Origin: Gammaproteobacteria bacterium
Lineage (GTDB): Bacteria > Pseudomonadota > Gammaproteobacteria > Ga0077536
Reading direction: 5' to 3'
Assembly (NCBI GenBank): GCA_965223085.1
Contig: OZ244981.1
Location: 577,161 to 641,160 of the forward strand
Length of the DNA stretch: 64,000 nucleotides
Shown: piece by piece, positions 58,760 to 64,000 of the stretch
Numbering within the stretch: the stretch's first letter is position 1
Layout: every line of letters begins with the position of its first letter
The notes under the pieces: model-generated
The model's input: the letters and a program-made list of their open reading frames with translations, nothing else
What the model was told of the DNA's origin: nothing
Databases searched by the model: none
Position numbers and translations under genes: made by a program

Positions 58760-59160
58760 CGCGACGATAATCCAGAAAAATGGTGGTCGACCAGATGCTT
58801 AAGCTGGTCCGACCCCGAGCTCCCTGGCAGATGCTTAAGCTGGTCCGACCCCGAGCTCCCTTACTCACCCCGAGCTCCCCTCTCTCGATCTCATCCGAGA
58901 CTGTGCGCTGGTGTTTCTTTACCAGCTTGGGCTCGAAGGTGCCGGCACGATCGCGCGGCGTCTCGAGCTCGAACTGGCCGCCGGTGCTCTAGACCGCCTT
59001 CTTCGATTTACCGTTCTTGCGATTCTCAGCAAGATCTTCGGCCAGATGCGAATCGAGCTCCGCCTCAAGCGCTGCCTCGGTCAGCTGCTTCACGAGCGGA
59101 CCTAATACACCGTCTTTTCCCGTGATCGATTGCCCTGATTGAACCGCTTTCAGCGCCGCT
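58760..59160 (-). pseudogene. N-terminal fragment of an IS256-family transposase with an in-frame amber codon and an internal 36-bp tandem duplication
   Basis: ..DGVLGPLVKQLTEAALEAELDSHLAEDLAENRKNGKSKKAV*STGGQFELETPRDRAGTFEPKLVKKHQRTVSDEIE.. The tandem repeat cagatgcttaagctggtccgaccccgagctccctgg occurs twice (58790..58861). Confidence 0.6.
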
Positions 59161-59303
59161 TCAAAATCAAACTTCTCTGCCGTTTCTCAATCCTCTTTCC
59201 GTATAGATTAAAGAATTGACACAGAATTTCTAACACTCCCGTTTCAACTCCGTTTCCTGTTCGCCGGTCGTCGGGAACTGATGGGTCGGGTACTGAGGAT
59301 CGT

Positions 59304-59700
59304 CTACCGGGCCGTCGCGGCCTTATAATGAAGACCATTGCGGCGTAACAACGACCCGATGTGTCGGCGTAGCGAACCTTGCAGCTGTATGAGTTGCTGC
59401 CTCGACCTCAACAGATCGCGATCTTGTTCGACTTGCGCATCGGGCTCTATCACGACCGTCAACAAATCATTCGCATAAAACTCGGCCAGCTCTGTCGCAT
59501 CGAGTCGATCCGTCTTCACCGATTTCCCACCGCGCCGAGGAATACTCGACCGCACCACCACGTCGCAGTGATACCCTCGGCCTTTAAGGGCGGTCGACTC
59601 TCAAAATCCAGTACCTCACCGGTGCGCTTTTCCAGCGCTGACCCGTGGTAGCGCACGTCATCGACATCAATTCCAACAGAAATTACATTCTGTTCCATAG
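59304..59700 (-). pseudogene. IS110-family transposase, frameshifted N-terminal portion
   Basis: MEQNVISVGIDVDDV.. (DEDD N-terminus) then, in another frame, ..GKSVKTDRLDATELAEFYANDLLTVVIEPDAQVEQDRDLLRSRQQLIQLQGSLRRHIGSLLRRNG.. Contains the 62-bp repeat (59530..59592). Confidence 0.55.
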
Positions 59701-59829
59701 ACGCCTCCCGTATTGTATCAGTGGCCAGCCAACCACTTGAGGTATCCATCACCGATGGGAGCCCTCGGGTCAAGAGGGGGCGTCTATATCTTCTATACTG
59801 TTCAACACTATCAGATGAACACCCGCGTG

Positions 59830-60615
59830 ATGCTTGTGGACAGTATCGACGAAGTGCCGGGACTGCCGGAACTGAACGCGTATGACCTAAGCTCCATCAA
59901 CACAGCCCCGTGCATCTCCTTTATCAAAAACTGAACAAAGACTACCGCGCCCGCTGGAAAGCGCTTACCGGCACCACCCTCTTTGAAACCGCCTACGGTG
60001 TGACCGAAACTCACACCTGCGACACCTTTAATCACGGCTTCCAGGGTAATGATTTCGACCTGTCCTTTGCACCGGCCTTTGTCGGCATGCCCGTTCCCGG
60101 TACGGAAGTAAAAATCTGCGATTTCGACACCGGCGAACTCAAGCCGCTGGATGAAGAAGGCGAAATCCTGATTCGCACCCCCACGCTGTTAAAAGGCTAC
60201 TGGAACAAGCCAGCCCGAAGCCAATGCTGAGCTGTTTGTGGGCGACGGCTGGTTTCGCACCGGCGATCCGGGCATAGTGACCAGCGAAGGTTATGTACGC
60301 TACCTCGGCCGCCGCAAGGAAATGATCAAAGTCAACGGCATGAGCGTCTTTCCCACCGAGGTGGAGTCCATGCTGGGCCAGAATCCCGCCATTGCCGCCT
60401 GCGGTGCCATCGCCCGACCCGATGAGAAAAAAGGCCAGGTACCTATTGCCTTTATCACGCTCAAACCGGGTCACAAGGAAACCGAGGAAAACCCGCGCGC
60501 ATGGAGCGAAGCCACGATGGCGGTGTACAAAGTGCCCGAGTTTCGCATTATGGACGCCCTGCCCATGACCGCGACAGGCAAGATCAAGAAAAACGAACTG
60601 GAACAACTCCTGTAG
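59830..60615 (+). pseudogene. C-terminal roughly 260 aa of an acyl-CoA synthetase (AMP-binding enzyme), 5'-truncated and frameshifted near 60230
   Basis: ..TLFETAYGVTETHTCDTF..GMPVPGTEVKICDFDTGELKPLDEEGEILIRTPTLLKGYWNKP / (frameshift) GDGWFRTGDPGIVTSEGYVRYLGRRKEMIKVNGMSVFPTEVE...ATGKIKKNEL. The N-terminal AMP-binding half is absent; IS110 debris lies upstream. Confidence 0.55.
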
Positions 60616-60628
60616 TCGAGGACCGGTT

Positions 60629-63600
60629 ATGGACTCCCTGTTTACGCGCATTTTAATCGCCAACCGCGGCGAAATCGCCATTCGTATCGCCCAGGCCGCC
60701 GACGACCTGGGCATAGAAACACTGGCCATCTACCCGGAGGATGACGCGCTCAGCCTGCACACCCAAAAGGCTACCCACGCAGTCAAACTCGAAGGTCGCG
60801 GCGTCAAAGCCTATTTGGACATAGAACAACTGATCCGTGTCGCCAAAGCACACGGCTGCGATGCGGTGCACCCCGGCTACGGGTTCCTCTCGGAAAATGC
60901 CGAGTTCTCTCGCCGCTGCGTCGAGCAAGGCATGACCTTTATCGGCGCCAGCGCCGAACTGCTGGAGCAGCTGGGCAACAAAGCCACCGCCCGGGAAATT
61001 GCCCTGCGTTCCGAGACACCGCTCACTGGCGGCATCAACAAGGCCTGCAGCCTGGAAGAGGTCCAGGCATTTTTCGAATCACTTGGCGAAGGCGCCGCGG
61101 TGATGATCAAGGCCCTGGCCGGTGGCGGCGGTCGCGGGATGCGACCGGTCACCGAGTACGACAAGCTGGCCGAGGCCTACCAGCAGTGTCAGGATGAAGC
61201 CACGATTGCCTTTGGCAGTGGTGATCTCTATGTGGAGCAACTGGTGCAGGACGCTCGCCACATTGAAGTGCAGATTTTAGGGGACGGCACAGGTGCGGTA
61301 AGTCACGCCTGGGAGCGCGAGTGTTCCCTGCAGCGCCGCAACCAGAAACTGCTGGAAATTGCCCCCAGCCCTTCCCTGTCCGATGACGAGCGTCAGCCTA
61401 TTATCGAAGCGGCACTGAAACTGGCATCCGACGTGAAGTACCAGGGATTGGGCACCTTTGAGTTTTTACTCGACGCCAAAGATCACCGCAAATTCTATTT
61501 TATGGAGATCAACCCCCGCATTCAGGTAGAGCACACCATCACCGAAGAGATCTGTGCTATCGACCTGGTCCAGGCGCAGATTCAACTGGCCGCTGGCAAG
61601 ACCTTAGAGGCGTTGGACTGGCTGGAACCCCCGGTCAAAAAAGGTTACGCCATCCAGGGCCGGGTCAATCTGGAAAAACTGGAAGTCGGCGGCAGCGTTC
61701 GCCCCGCCTCCGGCTTGCTCTCTGTCTACCAGCCCCCCACGGGCCGCGGCGTTCGGGTGGACGATTACCTATACAGTGGCTATTGCGTCAGCCCCAGTTA
61801 CGATTCCCTGGGTGCCAAGGTAATCGTCAAGGCGCACAGTTATGACTTCGCCCTGCAAAAATGCCAGCGTGCCCTGCGCGGTATGAAGATTGACGGCGTC
61901 AGTCACAATATCGGGTTGTTATTGAACCTGGTTGAGCATGAGGCGGTTAGGCGCAACCAGGTCAATATCCAATGGGTGGAAAACAACCTGCTTGAACTGA
62001 TCTGCCCCCGCAACAGTGACGACCACACCTACTTTACCTCCGATGCTACCAACAACGAAGCTACGCTAGACATCACAATCCCCGCGGGTTGCGAAGGCCT
62101 CCCATCCCCCACCGCTGGCACCCTGGTTTCCATCGACGTCAATGAAGGTGACGAAGTACATGCCGGCCAAGTGGTTGCGGTGATCGAAGCCATGAAAATG
62201 GAAATCCCAATCAAGGTGGAGCTGGACGGCACCATCGACCAGGTGCTGGTCTATGAGCTCGGTGAGATTATTAACGAGGCGCAACTGCTGCTAATCCTTC
62301 AGCCGGGTGAAGTCTCCATCGCACGGGGCAAAACCGAGGAAGAGATCGATCTGGATACCATTCGCGCCGACTTGCAGCAGTTCTTTGACCGCCGCGACAA
62401 AACCCTGGACGTCGCGCGCCCCGATGCTGTGGCCAAACGTCACGCGCAAGGCAAGCGAACGACCCGGGAAAATATCGACGACCTGCTGGATGCCGGCAGC
62501 TTTAACGAGTACGGCGCCATGGCGCTAGCCGCCCAGCGCCGTAAGCACAGTGTCGACAAGCTGATCGAAATCAGTCCTGCGGATGGCAAGGTCACCGTCA
62601 CCGGCACCGTCAATGCGGCCTTGTTTGGAGCAGATGCGGCCCGCTGTGCGGTGATGTCCTATGACTACACGGTAATGGCCGGTTCTCAGGGGATTATCAA
62701 CCACAAGAAAACCGACCGCATTCTGGGGCTTGCCAAAAAGTGGCGCATGCCACTGGTGATTTTCGCAGAGGGTGCCGGTGGGCGTCCTTCCGATACCGAC
62801 TACCCCGGTGTTGGTTTTCTTAATCTGCACACTTTTTCTGCCCTGGGCGAGCTGTCCGGACTGGTGCCTACCGTGGGCATTGTCGCCGGCAACTGCTTTG
62901 CCGGAAACGCGGCCATGTTTGGTGTGTGCGACCTGACCATTGCCACCCGACAGGCCAGTATTGGTATGGCGGGGCCCTCCATGATTGAAGGTGGCGGGCT
63001 GGGTAAGTTCAGACCGGAAGACGTTGGCCCGACCTCGGTACAAAGTCCCAATGGCGTGATCGATGTGCTGGTGGAAGATGAAGCGCAAGCGGTGGCCGTG
63101 GCCAAGCAATACCTGTCTTACTTCCAGGGCGACCTCAACACCTGGGAGACCCACGACCAGCGAAAATTACGTCATCTGATCCCGGAAAACCGAATGGCGG
63201 TATACGACATTCGCGAGGTTATCGAGACACTGTGTGATGTGAACTCCGTGCTGGAACTGCGCAAGGATTTTGCCAAAAACATGATCACCTGCCTGGTGCG
63301 CATCGAAGGTAAAGCCTACGGTTTGTTCTGCAACGATCCACGCTACCTGGGAGGCGCCATTGATGCCGTCGCCGGTGACAAACTGGCACGTTTTATCCAG
63401 CTGTGTGATGCACACGATATTCCACTGATCTCCCTGTGCGACACGCCAGGCTTTATGGTGGGGCCCGAATCGGAGAAAAACGCTACGGTGCGCCATATTT
63501 GCCGCATCTTTGTCCATGCGGCCAACGCAACAGTTCCCCTGTTTACGATCGTGTTGCGCAAAAGTTACGGCCTGGGCGCCATGGCCATGGCCGGCGGGGG

Positions 63601-63916
63601 CTTTACCGCGCCGGTACTGGCCGCCTCCTGGCCCAGTGGCGTATACGGTGCCATGGGTATCGAGGGCGCCGTACGGATCAGCGCCGCCAAACAGTTGGCA
63701 GCGATCGAAGACCCGACGGAGCGCGAAGCAACCGTCAAAACCCTGGCCGACAAGATGTATGAAGAGGGCAACGCCATCAACACCGCCAGCTACCTGGAAA
63801 TCGATGCCGTTATCGATCCACTGGAGAGCCGCGACTGGATAACCCGCGCACTGGCCGCCACCCCTAAACCTGCCAAACGCGAGGGCAAGAAGCGCCCCTG
63901 TATCGACACCTGGTAA
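60629..63916 (+). CDS. single-polypeptide biotin-dependent acyl-CoA carboxylase (biotin carboxylase + biotinyl/BCCP + carboxyltransferase domains fused)
   Basis: 1095 aa. BC domain (RILIANRGEIAIRIAQAA..; ..KALAGGGGRGMR..; ..EINPRIQVEHTITE..), biotin attachment motif EAMKMEI, and a C-terminal carboxyltransferase domain (..VMAGSQG.. and acyl-CoA CT beta-type blocks). Confidence 0.8.
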   Translation: MDSLFTRILIANRGEIAIRIAQAADDLGIETLAIYPEDDALSLHTQKATHAVKLEGRGVKAYLDIEQLIRVAKAHGCDAVHPGYGFLSENAEFSRRCVEQGMTFIGASAELLEQLGNKATAREIALRSETPLTGGINKACSLEEVQAFFESLGEGAAVMIKALAGGGGRGMRPVTEYDKLAEAYQQCQDEATIAFGSGDLYVEQLVQDARHIEVQILGDGTGAVSHAWERECSLQRRNQKLLEIAPSPSLSDDERQPIIEAALKLASDVKYQGLGTFEFLLDAKDHRKFYFMEINPRIQVEHTITEEICAIDLVQAQIQLAAGKTLEALDWLEPPVKKGYAIQGRVNLEKLEVGGSVRPASGLLSVYQPPTGRGVRVDDYLYSGYCVSPSYDSLGAKVIVKAHSYDFALQKCQRALRGMKIDGVSHNIGLLLNLVEHEAVRRNQVNIQWVENNLLELICPRNSDDHTYFTSDATNNEATLDITIPAGCEGLPSPTAGTLVSIDVNEGDEVHAGQVVAVIEAMKMEIPIKVELDGTIDQVLVYELGEIINEAQLLLILQPGEVSIARGKTEEEIDLDTIRADLQQFFDRRDKTLDVARPDAVAKRHAQGKRTTRENIDDLLDAGSFNEYGAMALAAQRRKHSVDKLIEISPADGKVTVTGTVNAALFGADAARCAVMSYDYTVMAGSQGIINHKKTDRILGLAKKWRMPLVIFAEGAGGRPSDTDYPGVGFLNLHTFSALGELSGLVPTVGIVAGNCFAGNAAMFGVCDLTIATRQASIGMAGPSMIEGGGLGKFRPEDVGPTSVQSPNGVIDVLVEDEAQAVAVAKQYLSYFQGDLNTWETHDQRKLRHLIPENRMAVYDIREVIETLCDVNSVLELRKDFAKNMITCLVRIEGKAYGLFCNDPRYLGGAIDAVAGDKLARFIQLCDAHDIPLISLCDTPGFMVGPESEKNATVRHICRIFVHAANATVPLFTIVLRKSYGLGAMAMAGGGFTAPVLAASWPSGVYGAMGIEGAVRISAAKQLAAIEDPTEREATVKTLADKMYEEGNAINTASYLEIDAVIDPLESRDWITRALAATPKPAKREGKKRPCIDTW

Positions 63917-63928
63917 AAGAGAAAGCTC

Positions 63929-64000
63929 ATGAGAGAAGCAGTTATCGTCTCCACCACCCGCACCGGTTTGGGCAAAGCCTTCCGTGGCTCACTGAACAAC
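63929..64000 (+). CDS. acetyl-CoA acetyltransferase (thiolase), N-terminus; continues beyond the window
   Basis: MREAVIVSTTRTGLGKAFRGSLNN is a classic thiolase N-terminus, 13 nt after the carboxylase stop. Confidence 0.6.
   Translation, partial: MREAVIVSTTRTGLGKAFRGSLNN

Noticed and set aside
58790-58861. 36-bp tandem repeat (two copies plus a partial third), considered as a possible CRISPR array
   Set aside because: Only two to three directly adjacent copies with no spacers, and it lies inside the IS256 transposase fragment's reading frame. It is a simple tandem duplication.

Overview
This is a 64-kb, GC-rich (roughly 55-60%) stretch of bacterial chromosomal DNA, most likely proteobacterial. 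It mixes catabolic enzyme genes with an unusually large load of IS debris and pseudogenes.

Main content, 5' to 3':
- Fatty-acid-type genes: a thiolase-like fragment and an acyl-CoA dehydrogenase.
- An AraC regulator followed by a decayed Y1/IS200-like transposase.
- An LLM flavin oxidoreductase and an 815-aa dimethylglycine/sarcosine dehydrogenase-family enzyme.
- A cluster of a MetE-like (cobalamin-independent methionine-synthase family) methyltransferase, a UPF0261/Tm-1-like ATP-binding protein and a PEP-hydrolase-like TIM-barrel protein, with a truncated IclR regulator.
- A ~12.6-kb mosaic island (12.2-24.9 kb) bounded by ~80-bp direct repeats that duplicate the 3' end of the PEP-hydrolase-like gene. 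It contains an IS3 element nested in a truncated IS21, a GT4 glycosyltransferase, an IS91 fragment, a dead IS630, a TonB-dependent receptor, a second MetE-like paralog, a CoxM-like pseudogene, an amidohydrolase 5' fragment and an IS256 fragment.
- A BVMO/FMO-type flavin monooxygenase, a roadblock/LC7 protein, hemN, a secreted beta-propeller carrying a CxxCH motif, a second LLM oxidoreductase and a Mo-bisPGD oxidoreductase.
- A 13-kb decay zone (34.5-47.6 kb) full of fragments and frameshifted genes (CoxL-like, GFA, TetR, alpha/beta hydrolase, IS3, cytochrome c, PLP-dependent enzyme, dienelactone hydrolase, IS30, IS110, IS6). Within it sit an intact RelE/XRE toxin-antitoxin pair and an apparently intact operon of a membrane protein, an octaheme cytochrome c and a cytochrome b561.
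- A third MetE-like gene immediately upstream of a complete xanthine-dehydrogenase-family molybdenum hydroxylase cluster (coxM, coxS, a coxL split into two ORFs, coxD, coxE), followed by two amidohydrolases and a convergent AraC regulator.
- More IS256/IS110 debris, a truncated acyl-CoA synthetase, a 1095-aa fused biotin carboxylase-BCCP-carboxyltransferase, and the start of a thiolase.

The most interesting signals:
- The repeated, diverged module of MetE-like methyltransferase + Mo-hydroxylase + amidohydrolase, with conserved non-coding elements upstream.
- The uncharacterised MetE-like + UPF0261 + PEP-hydrolase-like cluster.
- The direct-repeat-bounded island.
- A recurrent intergenic TAGATTTA motif.
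- The multiheme cytochrome operon.

No rRNA, tRNA or CRISPR arrays were recognised.
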